In this document: positions 1 through 13,544 of the stretch, piece after piece
Numbering within the stretch: the stretch's first letter is position 1
Layout: every line of letters begins with the position of its first letter
Assembly (NCBI RefSeq): GCF_018350175.1
Contig: NC_058368.1
Coordinates: 59,708,001-59,772,000 of the forward strand
DNA from: Felis catus
Lineage: Eukaryota
Direction: 5' to 3'
Length of the DNA stretch: 64,000 bases
The notes under the pieces: model-generated
Database searches by the model: none
Told to the model about the DNA's origin: nothing
The model's input: only the letters and a program-made list of their open reading frames with translations
Position numbers and translations under genes: made by a program

Positions 1-137
1 AAACCAATAAAAATATAAAGTTTTTAGAATTTTTAATGGGTTAAATTTGACTTGCAAAATCAAATTTTAATCATGAATCTTAAATATATATTTCCTAAGC
101 TGCGTCACTGAGAAAACCTAGAAAAAAATGATTCAGA

Positions 138-330
138 GGGACGTCTGGGTGGCTCCATCAGTTGAGTATCTGCTCTTGATTTTGGCCTAAATCGGATCCC
201 CATGTCAGGCTCTGTGCCGAGCGTGGGACATGCTTAAGATTTTCTCTCTCTCTCCCTCTGCCCCATCCCCCGCTTGTGCGTGGGCTCTCTCTCTCTCTCT
301 CCCAAAACAAACAAACAAACAAACAAACAA
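138..330 (+). mobile_element. CAN-SINE (older, diverged)
   Basis: GGGACGTCTGGGTGGCTC head, (CT)n tract and (AAAC)n tail. Confidence 0.85.
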
Positions 331-699
331 GACCCAGAAACAATGAGCCATATTTCACCTAGATTTTCATGTGAATAAAAGATCAGAGACTTCGAAGATT
401 TGGGAAAGAACTCTGATTTTAGGACATCTTGTTCCAGAGGTCAAGGAAGTACATGATAAATAATCGTTTTTTTTTAATCTGACACCAAAACCAGTTTAAG
501 GACAGGCATCCCACTACCTGAATTTTGAAGAATATGTGCACAGAACGAAAAATTGATTGTCCACTGGAATATTCAAGAGAGAAAAATATTTCCACCATTG
601 TAGATATTATGATGTCCACTTCTTATAAGAAACAAGTCATAGGTGAAAAAGATACTTGATTCAACACTTTAAAGAAAAACTGTTGTTCATTCACATTTA

Positions 700-1210
700 A
701 TGGCATTTCTAGTATGATTTTGTCAATTACTGAATAAAAACTATAGTACTAAAAATCACCATTTTGGTATCTTTAACGAAATAATAGATCAGGGCAAAAT
801 CATCAATAAATGTTAGCATTTGTTGAAAGCTAATGCTTTATTAATCCATATATTACTTTGTAATTGAAAAAGGGACCTGTTTTTCCAGTGGAGAAAGCTG
901 ACAGTCATCAGTTTAACTAAATGATTAAAATTAACCTCACTAAAAGTTAGACTACCTATAATGGGTGCTGCCTAATGGAATGTAACATTAAGTTAGACTC
1001 TGAAGGATTCTTGCCAAAAGTATTTAACCTGACTCTAGTTACAATTTAGAGTTATCTTCCTCTTTGGACACAAAATTAAATGATACCACAAGGAAATAGA
1101 TAAATCCAGAATGTTTAACTTCTATGGAAACTTGCCAGATTGTGTTAAAAAAATACAAGTCATTGAAACAAAAAAAGAAAGAAAAGAGAAAAGAAAAGAA
1201 AAGAAAAGAA

Positions 1211-1254
<44 letters not shown>

Positions 1255-1430
1255 AAAGAGTGATGGGTGCCATTTTAGTTTGAAAGAATTGTAGAATCCT
1301 AACAAGAATGTACAATGGAAGAATCTGGATCCTGGATCCTGACTTGATAAAAAAAGAGCCATTGTAAAAGCCAAATCCAGAAACTCTGTGTTAATAAATG
1401 GTATTAGGAAAGTTCATTTCTGTTGGTATG
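700..1430 (+). mobile_element. Ancient L1 (L1MC/L1ME-like) 3'UTR fragment
   Basis: Recalled-consensus-like motifs GGAGAAAGCTGACAGTCATCAGTTTAAC, AAAAGTATTTAACCTGACTCTA and CTGGATCCTGGATCCTG. Boundaries approximate. Confidence 0.5.
1170..1258. repeat. (GAAAA)n/(GAAA)n microsatellite
   Basis: Read directly. Confidence 0.95.
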
Positions 1431-1683
1431 GAAATGATATAGAGTTGTTGATGTAGAACAAGGTTCAGCAAACTACTGTGGCCCTGAGCAAAGAGCAGGT
1501 ATGTTTGCTACCCATTATAAAAATCTGATTTCCTAAATTCAAAGTTCAGTAATGCAACCCATTGCATGTTCATCTGCGCACATCTGCATTGCTCCCATGT
1601 AGCATTGAGAGTAGAACCTGATTAGAATAGTTCCATCATTTAATGGAAAGTAAGAAATGAAGGCAAGCTATATTGAATTATTT

Positions 1684-1700
1684 ATTCATTTTGAGAGAGT

Positions 1701-1755
<55 letters not shown>

Positions 1756-1930
1756 AGAAAGAAAGAGAGTGCAGGGGAGGGGCAGAGAGAGAGGAAGAGA
1801 AAACCCCAAGCAGGCCCCTTGCTATCAGCACAGAATCAGATGTGGGGCTTGAATTCATGAACCATGAGGTCATGACCTGTGCTGAAATCAAGAGCTGAAC
1901 ACTTAACCGACTGAACCACCCGGGTGCCCC
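1684..1930 (-). mobile_element. CAN-SINE with expanded (GA)n
   Basis: Reverse head GGGGCACCCGGGTGGTTCAGTCGGTTAAG, long (GA)n at ~1704-1752, flanking repeat TGAATTATTT (1674-1683, 1935-1944). Confidence 0.9.
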
Positions 1931-4119
1931 TGTATGAATTATTTGAGGCGTATGAGCAGTACAGAAAACAAAATGGTTTTTTTCTTGTTTTTTTTTTTGT
2001 TGTTGTTGTTGTTTTGTTTTGTTTTACTTAAAAGAACAATTCCTTAGTAAAATATTATCACAGACTTCCTGGCAATGGTGTGATTCCTTCAATATATTTC
2101 AAGAGTAATATACTTTGGCCTATTATATTTTATTTCAGAAATTCCACAATGGTCTTCTTTACAGAGACTGTATTATAAATTTTTATACCAATAGATAAGT
2201 GATTAAAAAGAAGGCAGTTATTTTGATGAATTAATATCATTAAACAAAAACAAATAAAACTTCCCTTTTTTTTTTATGTATCTCAAAAGTGCATCTCAAA
2301 TTGTCTTCTCATCAAAGGAATTCAAGAGATACCCTGTTGTTCAAGAACAAGAAAATATGCCCACTTTTAATATTGCTTCATATTCTTTTGGAACTGTACC
2401 TAATGTAGTATATAAATACTAAAAGGGAGACTATTTCACCACTATTTTTTTTCTTTTGTTTCACCATTTTTTCTATATATTACTACTATTTGCTGATGAA
2501 CAATACACAAAAATAAGAACATAAGAACAATATACAAAAATAACATTGGAACAAATATTGTATTATTGGTGCAAAGCTTATGTAGAGCGATGTAGCAATA
2601 GCTATCAAAACTTTAAATACATATTACTTTTACCTCAACAGTTCCAATTTTAGGATAAACATATCTATATCTAGATACCTAGCTATCTATATCTATAGAT
2701 ATATCCAAATCTTGCAGATGTAAATATATATCTGTATTGTTTGGGTAGGAAGTTACTTAAATAATCTGAATATAAAATAATGAAAACCATAACATACAAT
2801 GAATATAAAGAATTTAATGCACTTATGAAATATTTTGGAGTCGGAATAAAAAATACTTCTTGTCTGCTTTAATGTGAATAACAAGTAGAAAATGTAACCT
2901 TAGATTTCTTCCAGGCTTTTTCTTATGGTCACTGGTAATGGGTAATGCTAACGGTAGAATATACAATATATACAATAGGACCTATTTGTCAAAGATTGTC
3001 ATAAGTTTAGATTTGGACTAGTTGACTGTTTGAAACCCAGGACACATCCAGGTTAAAAATATCCAGGGCACAATCAAGGAAAAAATATTATAAAACAAAT
3101 AAGTAAATTATTTAAAAATGTTCCAAGTTAGAGGTCAGGGTGAAGATTTATGCTAAGGATATAGATTTGGCATCAACATCATATAAATGGTTGTTTAAGC
3201 CATGACTGTAAATGAGGACACCAATCTGCATAGCTTTGCCTTTTTTTGCAGTAACGTTGAGAAGCAAATGTGTAGGAGTAGAGAAATCAAATATTTATAC
3301 GTGTGATTTATGGCTTCAGCTTGACTTAATATAGCATGTAAATCCTAAAAGCACAGTCTTTTTTTATACATTAAACATGTATTTCACCAAACTTGGTTGA
3401 TGACTTTTCAGTGCATTAGTATATATCCTGCCTAAATTAAAATACATGCACGCGCACACACACGTGCACACACACACGCACACAGCATGTAGAATATAGG
3501 ACATGCTATTCTCATTTCCTCCATAGAATATAATGATCTTGGAAATGACTCTAGCATTTTATTATTTCTAAAGCAATGTCACTTTTAACATTATAAATCT
3601 CCCCAATTTAAGTATAAAAATTATTTTTGGTTAAAATTATTAAAATCTATTCTTCTATTGACAAAGCAAAATAGTGGGCTCTTATAGTCCACCAGATGTT
3701 TATGGAGTCTGACATGTCATTAAATGTTCCATTCAGACCATTTGGTTCATTCTATACTTGGATATTAGAAATATTCCACTTTCTAACACTCATATTAACA
3801 TTTAGAAGCATGAGTTGAATTTGTATATTACTCAGTAGATAAAATTTTATGGCCCTCGGTGGTTTACAGTTATACCCAATATATCAGAAGCAGAGAAAAC
3901 TATGTAAATATTATGAAGAATCCTTTAAACCAGGGATAATTCAAATGTCTGAGGCTAGATTGGTAATTGAAATATAAGAAGTGGCAAGTGAATACGATTG
4001 TGACCTTTGGTCACTGTTACCAGAAAAAATAGAATCCCACCTCTGCGGCGTCAAAATTTCTTTTATTTACAGGGAGCCATGGACAGATGGGGGGGCATGT
4101 CTTACTAAAGAAGGGTCTC

Positions 4120-4500
4120 ATGAGTGTAAAATACCATGGGAACCAGTGCTGTGTAGAAAAACCTGAATTGTAATTGATAAATATTTGGAGCCATATTGTG
4201 AATAAGTCTAATAGTTAAAACCTTAGAACCCAGTCATGGGGTTGGGAGGGGACACAGTTTTGTGATCTTACCTCTAGGAGCTTAACCATCTTCAGTAGTA
4301 AATATTAGAGAAAACTCCCCTCATGTTTCCAGCACGGGGAGGAGAAAAGGATTTATCTTGAAATTGTCCAGGCAGTCTGTTCTTAACAAGGCCTGCCCTC
4401 AGGAGAAACTAGTTAACCAGAGCCTTACCTGTTGGGGTTCTTTCAGAGAAAAACTGACCCAAATCCAGCCCACTCTAGCCACTGTCTTCCACCGAAGTGG
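4120..4500 (+). mobile_element. Old L1M 5'-region fragment
   Basis: AACAAGGCCTGCCCTCAGGAGAAACTAGTTAACCAGAGCC resembles recalled L1M 5'-end consensus. Confidence 0.45.
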
Positions 4501-4534
4501 GAGGGAAGAAAAAAAAAGACTTGGCTCCACCTAT

Positions 4535-5285
4535 TTATTCCTCCCTCTATTGCAACCTCTGGCAACCAGTGATCTTTTTACTGTATCCTCAGTTTTGCCT
4601 TTTCCAAAATGCCATAGAGCTGGAATCATACAATATGTTGCCTTTTCAGATTTGATTTTTTTCACCTAGCAATATGCATTTATGGTTCCTCTGTGTCTTT
4701 TCATGGCTTTTAATAGCTTGCTTCTTTATAGCACTGAATAATATTCCACTGTCTGGATGTGTCAGAGAGTGTTTATCCATTCAACTCCTGAAGAATATCT
4801 TGGTTACTTCTGAGTTTTGGCAATTATGAATAAAACTGCTGCTATACACTTCTGTGTGCAAGAATTTGTGTGGAAGTAAGTTTGTAGCGTCTGTGTGTAA
4901 ATTTCAAAAAGTGAGATTGTTGGGTCATATGGTAACAGCGTGTTTAGGCAGCATGTGAGGCAGGATGGGGGGTGGGGAGAACCTGTCAAACTTTTGTCCA
5001 AAGTAGCTCTGCATTTTACCTTCCATCAGCAGGTATATGAGTGAGAATATCTGGTATCCACATCCTCTCCAGCACTCAGTGTCATCAGTGTTCGGGATTT
5101 GGGCAATTCTCTTAAGTATATAGTGGCATCTATTGTTTTAATTTGCATTTCCCTGGTGAAATATGATGTGGAGCACCTTTTCATATGCTTATTTGCCATC
5201 TGTATATCTTCTTTGTTCAGGTGTCTGTTAAGGTCTTTGGCCCATTTTTTTAGTCAGATTGTTTATTTTATTTCATTGAGTTGTT
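4535..5285 (-). mobile_element. Old L1 (L1MB/L1MC-like) 3' fragment
   Basis: Reverse ORF2-end peptide LPYDPTISLFEIY, similar to [13 protein letters not shown] in the intact L1. Typical antisense text GATGTGGAGCACCTTTTCATATGCTTATTTGCCATCTGTATATCTTCTTT. Confidence 0.85.
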
Positions 5286-5688
5286 TTTTGTTTGTTTGTT
5301 TGTTTGTTTGTTTGGTTAGAATTGGCTGAGATCCCAAGCAGGATCTGGCACGATCTCAGAAATGTTGTTTCCCGAGGTGAGGGCAGGTTTTGATGGTTTG
5401 TGCTGAAGAAGGCAGACCCCCCATCTTCTGCATTGTGGTGAATGTCTTGGTTGGGTATAAGAATAGGAATAGAAATAGGTTCTTAGAAAGTTTGTTTCAA
5501 AACAAAAACCTGTAAAGAAGGGCAATAAGCCAGGATAAACTGAGATACATATAGTGGACTGATTCCTGAAATTATGCTATTATATTTATGCTTATGTAAT
5601 TTTGGCTTCAGTGTATACTGGTATATAATATTTTTATTACATAGACGGCAGCTGTTATAGTTGTTGTTACTTTAAAACAGGAATGTCT

Positions 5689-5908
5689 GGGGCGCCTAGG
5701 TGGCTCAGTCGGTTAAGCGGCCGACTTCGGCTCAGGTCATGATCTTGCGGTCCGTGAGTTCGAGCCCCGCGTCGGGCTCTGTGCTGACAGCTCAGAGCCT
5801 GGAGCTTGTTTCAGATTCTGTGTCTCACTCTCTCTGACCCTCCCGCGTTCATGCTCTGTCTCTCTCTGTCTTAAAAATAAATAAACATTAAAAAAAATAA
5901 AAAAAAAT
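5689..5908 (+). mobile_element. CAN-SINE, SINEC_Fc-type
   Basis: GGGGCGCCTAGGTGGCTCAGTCGGTTAAG head, B box GTTCGAGCCC, A tail, TSD AAAACAGGAA(T/C)GTCT at 5674-5688 and 5909-5923. Confidence 0.95.
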
Positions 5909-6958
5909 AAAACAGGAACGTCTTTCAGACTTTAATTCACAATATATAGTATCAACAACCGTGATATACTGGTTTTATTTAATTTTTTTTTCCTAATTTG
6001 GCTCATATTCATTTTGAACAAACTTAGGGCATTCATTATTCCGTCATTTCTCTTAAAGATAAGCCTCTCAGCATTACCTAAATCACCCTTATTGCATCCA
6101 TTATTATTTTTACTTTTTTCATGTGTTTGCCTTCCGTGAACACTTTTCTTAGTTTTATTGGTATCAGATTTAATGTTTTCAGGTTCGCTATCTGCCATCC
6201 TATCTGATTTATCATTCAGCTTGCTCCTGTATTATCAGAGAACACATTATTAATTTTATTGTTCTGTTTCTCCTGGCTGACATATTTAACAGGATTATAT
6301 AAATTTTTCTTTTCTTTCATTTAAAATGAAGACTCACTATGTTTTTTGCTAGTAATGACTACCTTGCTATATCATTTCATTATTATGATTGTGTTCAGTA
6401 TTCTGGGCAGTGGCAATTTGACTGATTACCAACCAGAGTTTTGGTTGTGATCTACTGTGCCTCGATGACTGAAATCCATGAGTTCTTCCCAGATAATTCA
6501 ATACTAATTTAATATATACCTTAACACATTATCAAGTGCACATTCGGTGTAAGTTGTGGCTTTGTTTAGATTGTTTATAAGCTGTTGTCACAAGGTTACT
6601 CTTATGTTTATAATTGACTCAATAATTTACCTTATTGTGGAGAGAACAATATTGTAGTTCACTTATTTCTTTTACTACATTTATTATATATATACACACA
6701 TGGAAAAGTCATAGTTGAAGATGTTAAAATCATACAGATTTATTAATTTATTAATGAATTGAAGATGAAACAGAAACATGATCAAAGTCAGAGTAGACTA
6801 TGGTTCAATGTTGCCCAACAAAAAGAAAGAGAAGTTGGCCCAGGGGGCCTTCAGAAAGATTCTGGGCTCAGAGTCAGAAGGCAGGAGAGAGTTGTAATGA
6901 AATTCATACTAAAACTAAAGGAATAAACTCAAGAGTCTGTATTAGAAAGCCTGCTTCA

Positions 6959-7169
6959 GGGGCACCTGGGTGGCTCAGTCAATTGAGCATCCGGCTTCGG
7001 CTCACGTCATGATCTTGCAGTTCATGGGTTTGAGCCCCTGTACTGATATCTTGGAGCCTGGAGCCTTCTTCAGATTCTGTGTCTCGCTCTTTCTCTGCCT
7101 CTCCCCCGCTCATGTGCTCTATCTCTCTCTCTCAGAAATAAATTTTAAAAAATTTAAAAAAAGAAAAAG
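6959..7169 (+). mobile_element. CAN-SINE, SINEC_Fc-type
   Basis: GGGGCACCTGGGTGGCTCAGTC head, CT tract, AATAAA and A tail, degenerate TSD AGAAAGC. Confidence 0.92.
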
Positions 7170-7989
7170 AGAAAGCTAGCTCCAATCCATGGTGCTATAC
7201 CCTCCACTGGGAACAGAAAGAGAATCGGGAGCCTGCACTGTCTCCAGACAATCTAATGCTGATGTGAATGCCTGCAGATAAGGCCCTCATACTTTATCTT
7301 TGGTAGTGTCATTAGGGACTGTCCATAACCCAAAAGCATTCCCATCTCCTCATCTTAAAGTGAGTTCTACCAATTGCTTTCCAAAGGTGATCTCTGGAAA
7401 GCTTACAGCACCCCCATTTAGGAATGGTCTATCCTGTAACAGATCTACTTACCTATCAGCAAAGAAGAAAATAAATACCTCAACCGAGAGAAACAGAGAT
7501 TGTTTAGAAAAATGACAGTTTTAAAATAAACTAAGCTTAAATTTAATCAATTAAAATACATTCCTTAAAAATAAGATGCCATAGAAAAATAAAAATTAGA
7601 AAAAAGAAACCTCAAAAACTAAAAACATAATTTATACTTTAAAAATAAAAGAGCTCTATGTTATGTCTTCAAAAACATTCCCCCAAAATATAGAGAAAAT
7701 TTTTCAAAGAAAGCCTAAGAAGGAAAAGATGGACACAAATTTCAGGAAATGTACAAACTTAAGTGTCAATTTGGATTATTCCAATCACATATGAGGAAAT
7801 ATCACTTAAATTATATTAAGAATGTATTTGCTCCTGTCTCTGAAATGTCCAGAGATGAGTTAAGTAACGGAAGTTCTGTGGAAAAAACTCAACATTTTTT
7901 TCTGCGATTGTCTTGGTTTCTGCTCCTCTCATGACCTTCATCCCCTGGCTACCTTCTCTGGCTGCAACAGCGGTTTCTCATGTCACATC

Positions 7990-8735
7990 TGTCCACTACT
8001 AACCAGATAAGGAGGGCCTTTCCAAGTAGATTCAGCAGAACACGAAAAAAGCTGCTTTTCCAGAAGGCCTAGCCAAAGCCAATGTTTCAGAGAAAGGCAC
8101 AGGCTTCAGGAGCAATGTTTCAGAGAAAGGCACAGTGACAGCTTTTGTGGAGTTAGCCTGGTACCCCATGGTGCATTGGAGCTGGTGACTCAGCAAAGGT
8201 GAGCCTTTGCCTACCTCTCCTGTAGGTACTGAGAAGGCCCTGGAGTAGGCTTTGCAAAAACGATGAGGACACTTGCCTGCTATTGGCTGAGACCACAGAG
8301 AGTGCAAAGGGGAGGCTGGACTTTGCAAAACCATGAGGATACCTACCTGCTATTGGCTGAGACCGGGGAGATTGCAAAAAGGAGGTTGATTTCTTTATCC
8401 CAGGAAGGGAACTGCCCATAGTCTGCAGTCTGGCAGGAGGCAGGACAGGCAACTGGTGTGCTACACAGGAGTAGAGTCTTTCTGTAAGTCAGTAGGGTAC
8501 CTGTCAGAGTCTGTACTCACCCGACAGGTATCCTGAGTTTCCAATGATAGAGGAAGCATGACATTAAATAGCAAATAAAAACACAGGACAAATCAAGAGA
8601 GAAAGAAAGACAGAAAAGAACAAGTGTTATATTGTGGTACCTTTCATGGCACTTCTCCCCCTTGCTTTTTGAAGAAGAGACCCTATGTTTCATTCTGCCA
8701 TCGCCATGCAAATTAATTATCTAGCTATGGCCTCA
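7990..8735 (+). mobile_element. MER45-family hAT-Tip100 non-autonomous DNA transposon fragment (tentative)
   Basis: The 3' end TTTTGAAGAAGAGACCCTATGTTTCATTCTGCCATCGCCATGCAAATTA..ATCTAGC resembles the recalled MER45 terminus (ttttgaacaaggggccccgcattttcattttgcactgggccccgcaaattatgtagcc). GC-richer than flanks. Left boundary uncertain. Confidence 0.5.
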
Positions 8736-8959
8736 GTGTATATGCTTTCTTAGTATACATTGGCCTAAATTGTGCCATACTTCCAACCCTGAATTAAATA
8801 GATGGCAAGGAAAATCACATGTAAATTTGAAAAAAAATAAGATGGGGGTAGGATTAACTACCCTGAACTTCATGTTTATATGGTAGAGTTGTAATAATCT
8901 CAATAAAACCAAAGTTCAATTTACAAGAGGGGATTCAGTGCTGAGCAAATGTCCACAAC

Positions 8960-9420
8960 AATCTATGCAGTAAAATACCTATTAAAAGAAGAGAAAAAAC
9001 AAATGGATGAGATTCAGCTATCAAATAAAGAAAGAAATTTCCTGGAGATTTAAGTGACACAAAAGAGTTCATTTTAAAGTGAATAAATGAAAAAAGTACT
9101 CATATCCATACACATATGTAGAGAATTTCAAAACACGAAACACATAGAAAAAATCCTTAAGACAGAAGAGAGAGAAAAATATATAATTATTTCCCAATAA
9201 TGAGAATAGAAAAAGCGTCAGAGAATATTTGACATCACAGATACTGGAGTCTTGCTGTCAAATTTCTGAGGGAAAAGACACTTTGGGATCATTATCTAAA
9301 ATTCTATTCTCAGTCAAATTAATAGTCAACAGTGAAGCCATAATGATTTTTTCATACATAAAAGACAATGAAAATTTGCTTCTGATGACTTTTTTATGCT
9401 ATCTCCAGTCAAATCTCAGT
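8960..9420 (+). mobile_element. Ancient L1/HAL1 ORF1 remnant
   Basis: Translation KILFSVKLIVNSEAIMIFSYIK resembles the ORF1p CTD ([22 protein letters not shown] in the intact L1). Heavily degenerate. Confidence 0.5.
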
Positions 9421-10944
9421 GACATGCGTGGCTGAAAGGTGGCAATATGGAAGGTAGAGCCCAGGAATGATGACTCCATATATAAAGCGTTGGATAATTA
9501 ACTTGCAATAGTCTTGTGAGTGTCTTCTCAAAAGCATACAGAGGCATTTAGTAGGAATATTTCTACGAAATAAGGGATCAGGAAAAAAACATTAAGTATG
9601 ATTGAAAACAGAGAAAAAGTTGGTGGTGATAAAGGCACAAAAATGAAAAATCAAGAAGAGTAATCAGAAGCTCCAGTAAAAAATATTTATATATAAAAGT
9701 TACAGTCCAAAGAGGAAATAAAATAAAAGATGTAGTGGAGAGGTAAAAAAAATTAAAGTATACAGTAAAATCAAAATATTTGTTTTTGAAGCTAAGGATA
9801 GTCATATTTGAGTGCCTATGGAGTGATAAGAACAGCCATATATAAATGAAAATAGAATATTTAAATTATTGACACATAATTAACCATAATTTTCTAGCGA
9901 CAATAATGCAAAAATTATATTGCATCATAATTTTATCAATCTAGGGATATATAATTAAAACTTGGTTTTGAAGGCAAAACATAAAATAATTCTAAAAGTC
10001 TTGAAAATGCTAAGTTAAAAATATTATTGCTAGACACTGGGAAGATTCGGAGGAAAAATTACTCTCAGTCCAGGCCTGAGATTCTGTTAGCAGTTGATCG
10101 AAACAGGTATAAAATTTTATATTGTTTTTAAATTGAGACCATAATCAGTGATTAAATGATCCAAAGGAATCAATGATATAAATACATATTACTTAGGAGG
10201 GAAGAAAAGAGAATAGAATAAGCATTGTACTTTTTATGTTTTACAAGAAGGAGCCAGTGCAAATTTTCTTACAATGATAAATGGAGAAATGGATGGAGCA
10301 TCTTAAAAAAAATAAGAATTTGCCTTTGAGAAGTCGAACTTGGATAGATAAAGCAGGTTTTGTAGAGATCAATGGTATTTGTCCTTGAAACTTGCTCATT
10401 TTTACCCTGTGCATGCAAAAGTGAATTGTCAAATCTTCATGCCTCCATTTGGTACCATGCAAGTAGTTCAGGCCAGTGGGAAGGGAATAGAAATAGGCCA
10501 TGAACAGCTCCTCAGCTACCTTTTTTTTCCATTCTCTCCTGTCTATACCAAGAACCACTTAAAGTAGTGCTGCCTACCACAGAAGCCCTTATAGGAATGT
10601 CCACATCAGTTTGAAAGAACAATAAACGTTTCATGTGTTAAGCTGCAGAAATTTGGGATTTGTATTTTATACCAGCTAGATATAATTGCACTAAATAGTT
10701 TAGACAAGAAAACTGCTTTGTGATAAACTCTTCTGAGTGCAAATATATGCTATCGTGTGTGTATCACTCTGATGAAAATTGGTTTTAAAATGTCAAAGAA
10801 AACAAAATAAGCCTTTGCTCTTGTTTTACTGAGGGTTAAAATTGTGGGTTCAAAATATCATTGTATCTATCATGCTAGCTTTCAGAATTACGCTGTATTG
10901 AAAGCTTGGGATTTCAATGTGTTTGAAAATTATAAAATCCATAT

Positions 10945-11605
10945 TTTTTCTGAAGGAAATGAAAACACTAACTTGAAAAGATATATGTGCCCCATGTTTC
11001 CTACAGTATTATTTACAATAGTCAAGACATGGAATCAACCTCAGTGTCCACCAATGGAAGCATGGATAAAGAAAATGTGGTATATATACAGAAAGGAATA
11101 GTATTCAGCCATAAAAAAGAAGGAAATCTTGTCATTTATGACAACATGGATGGATTTTGTGGACATTATGCTAAGTGAAATAAGTCAGATGGACAAAGAC
11201 AAAATACCATATTATCTCACTTATACAAGGAATCTTAAAAACAGAGCTCATAGATACAGAGAGCAGATTGATGATCATCAAAGGCAGAAGTAAGAGGGTA
11301 GGTGAAGTGGGTGGTGGTAGTCAAAGATACAAACTTCTAGATACAAAATAAATGAGACCTGGAGATGTAATATATAGTATGATGACTATAGCTAATAATA
11401 ATGTATTGTGTATCTGAAAGTGCTAAGTGTGTAGATATTAAAAGTTCTCATCACAAGAAAAAATATTAGTAATTATGTATGGTCATGGATGTTAACTAGA
11501 ATTACTGTGGTGATCATTTCACAATATATGCAAATATTGAATCATTATCCTGTACAACTGAAACTAATGTTGTATGTCAATAAAAATAAAACAAATAAAA
11601 ATAAA
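10945..11605 (+). mobile_element. Old L1 (L1MA-like) 3' end
   Basis: ORF2 C-terminal peptide MCPMFPTVLFTIVKTWNQPQCPPMEAWIKKMWYIY, then ATGCTAAGTGAAATAAGTCAG, a 3'UTR and an A-rich tail. Confidence 0.9.
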
Positions 11606-12114
11606 TGATGGTGTATATGTGTGTATATTTACATTTACTAAAATGTTATAAAATAACTAAATAGTATGTGTACTCACAAGTGAGTGTCTTCACAAGAAAT
11701 AAGATAAAGCCATTTATTTGGTAAAAAATACATTTAGTGTAAGGAACCAAAAAATCAGCATAGAGCTCAAACAGCCTTCAAAAAATGAAGAACACAGTAT
11801 GGGTGCTCATTGAAGAACTTACAAAAAAAATGCATGTGATAATTTAAACCTAATGTACTATAAGAATGCTACAAAACTGTTTTATTAATGCAGGAGAGTG
11901 AGAAAGAAAATGTTGTTGAGTACATATTTACAAAACCGTAAAATGATTACTGATTATTCTGCAGTGCACTCTGGCCTATTAGTAAGCCTACTTTGATATT
12001 CATGCAATTTTAGCCTTATACCACCCCATCATAATTTAACCTTTATGAAAAGAAGTTCTACCCCAGAATATTTTGTTTACAAAGTGTAAACGCATCAAGA
12101 GTTCATGAGCCAGG

Positions 12115-12480
12115 ATTTCCTGCATGGTAAACTATTACAAATTTAGTGGCTTAAATTAAAATCATTTTATCCAGCCCGTCATTCTGTGGCTCAGCTGTGT
12201 GATTCCTCTGAGGCTGCTCAGCTGATCTATGCTGGGTTCTCCCTTGCATCTATTGCTAGCTGATGAGTCACCTCGCTGCTAAATGCTCTAGGATGGCCTT
12301 ATTCATGTGTTCGGCAATTGACGGCCTGATGGAATAGGGAGGCATGCTGGGACAACACATTTCTGCTCCTTGTGGTTCCTTGTCACCCAATAGGCTAGCC
12401 TGGGCTTCTTCCTATGGTATTTCATGGTAGTTTCAGAATTTCAAAGGGCAGCAAAAAAGTATGTGTTAATGTGAAGACAC
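12115..12480 (-). mobile_element. MaLR (MLT1-type) LTR fragment
   Basis: AAACTATTACAAATTTAGTGGCTTAAA and GGCTAGCCTGGGCTTCTTCCTATGG motifs typical of antisense MLT1. Confidence 0.6.
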
Positions 12481-13544
12481 TTTTACAATCTAATGGAAAT
12501 GGCAACTTTCAAAAAACTACATGTCAGAGTTTAAATACACTTCATACAGGTGTATGCATTTCTATGTGTATATTTGTACAAATAGTATATACATGCACTG
12601 TTATATATACACAACACATATATGCATAAACATACACTTCAGGCTTTTTTTTAAGCATAAGTTGATTATGGAGTCTTCTCTTTTAGGTTGCCTTCATGGA
12701 CTGTCACCCAATCCCCAGAAATCATACCACTCTGGGATTGAGCCTTTTCAGGGCTTGGAGAAACCATATTATTCTCTATCCAGGGACAGTTTTTTACTTA
12801 GTCTATGAATATCTACTGAGCACCTGTAAAGTATTAGCAATATTCTATATACTAGATATTTAGCAACGATAGAAACACGCAAAGTCTGTGAAACTATGAA
12901 ACTAAATTTTTAACGCAAGGGAAAGAAAAGTTAAAAACAAATAAATTGAGAAAGTGTTTTTCAGACTTTGCTGTGCAGATTCTGGCTTAGTGGAACCACA
13001 AAAGATCTAGGATGCCAATTTATTCTAGGATAATAAATAAGTAGGCATTCCTTTGCTGATATTTGATTACAAGTACTTTCCATGGCACCATATTTTCCTT
13101 TTTGCAACTACTTCTTTCATAAAGAGATGATTTGAATTTTCTGCAGTTCAAGACTTCAGTACTTGTGTGCTGAGACGTTATTAGAGTGAAATGTATTAAA
13201 TAATTTAGAATTCTGCAGTAGCGGCAAGAATCTCTTTCTTCCTATAATAATACTATGACACACATGTCTTGTAATAGTGATATACCCTTATATAGTAAAA
13301 AAAATACTCTTGTCCTCGTAAATATTTCAGCATAGTTATATTTAAATGTCTTAGTCTCTCTGTCTAGATCAGATAGTTCAAATTTACAGTTACTATACCA
13401 ATTGTTAGCTTACATAATTATAGTACTTTTACTGGTATATTCCTGAAGATCTTATTTTTTTATTTAAATAAAAAAGATACTTGGTTTAAAGTACTTATGA
13501 AAGGCAAAAACAATCATTAAGGTAAATATATTTAATTTTTGGTA

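Noticed and set aside
1039..1891. ORFs with FLSF or ERER/SLSL repeats
   Set aside because: They are translations of the (GAAA)n microsatellite and the SINE (GA)n tract.
5689..5780. tRNA genes at SINE heads (A/B boxes)
   Set aside because: These are tRNA-derived CAN-SINE heads followed by CT tracts, A tails and TSDs, not tRNA genes.
8080..8389. CRISPR-like repeat-spacer array
   Set aside because: Only two copies of each unit, whole units are duplicated with no unique spacers, there are no cas genes, and the context is mammalian.
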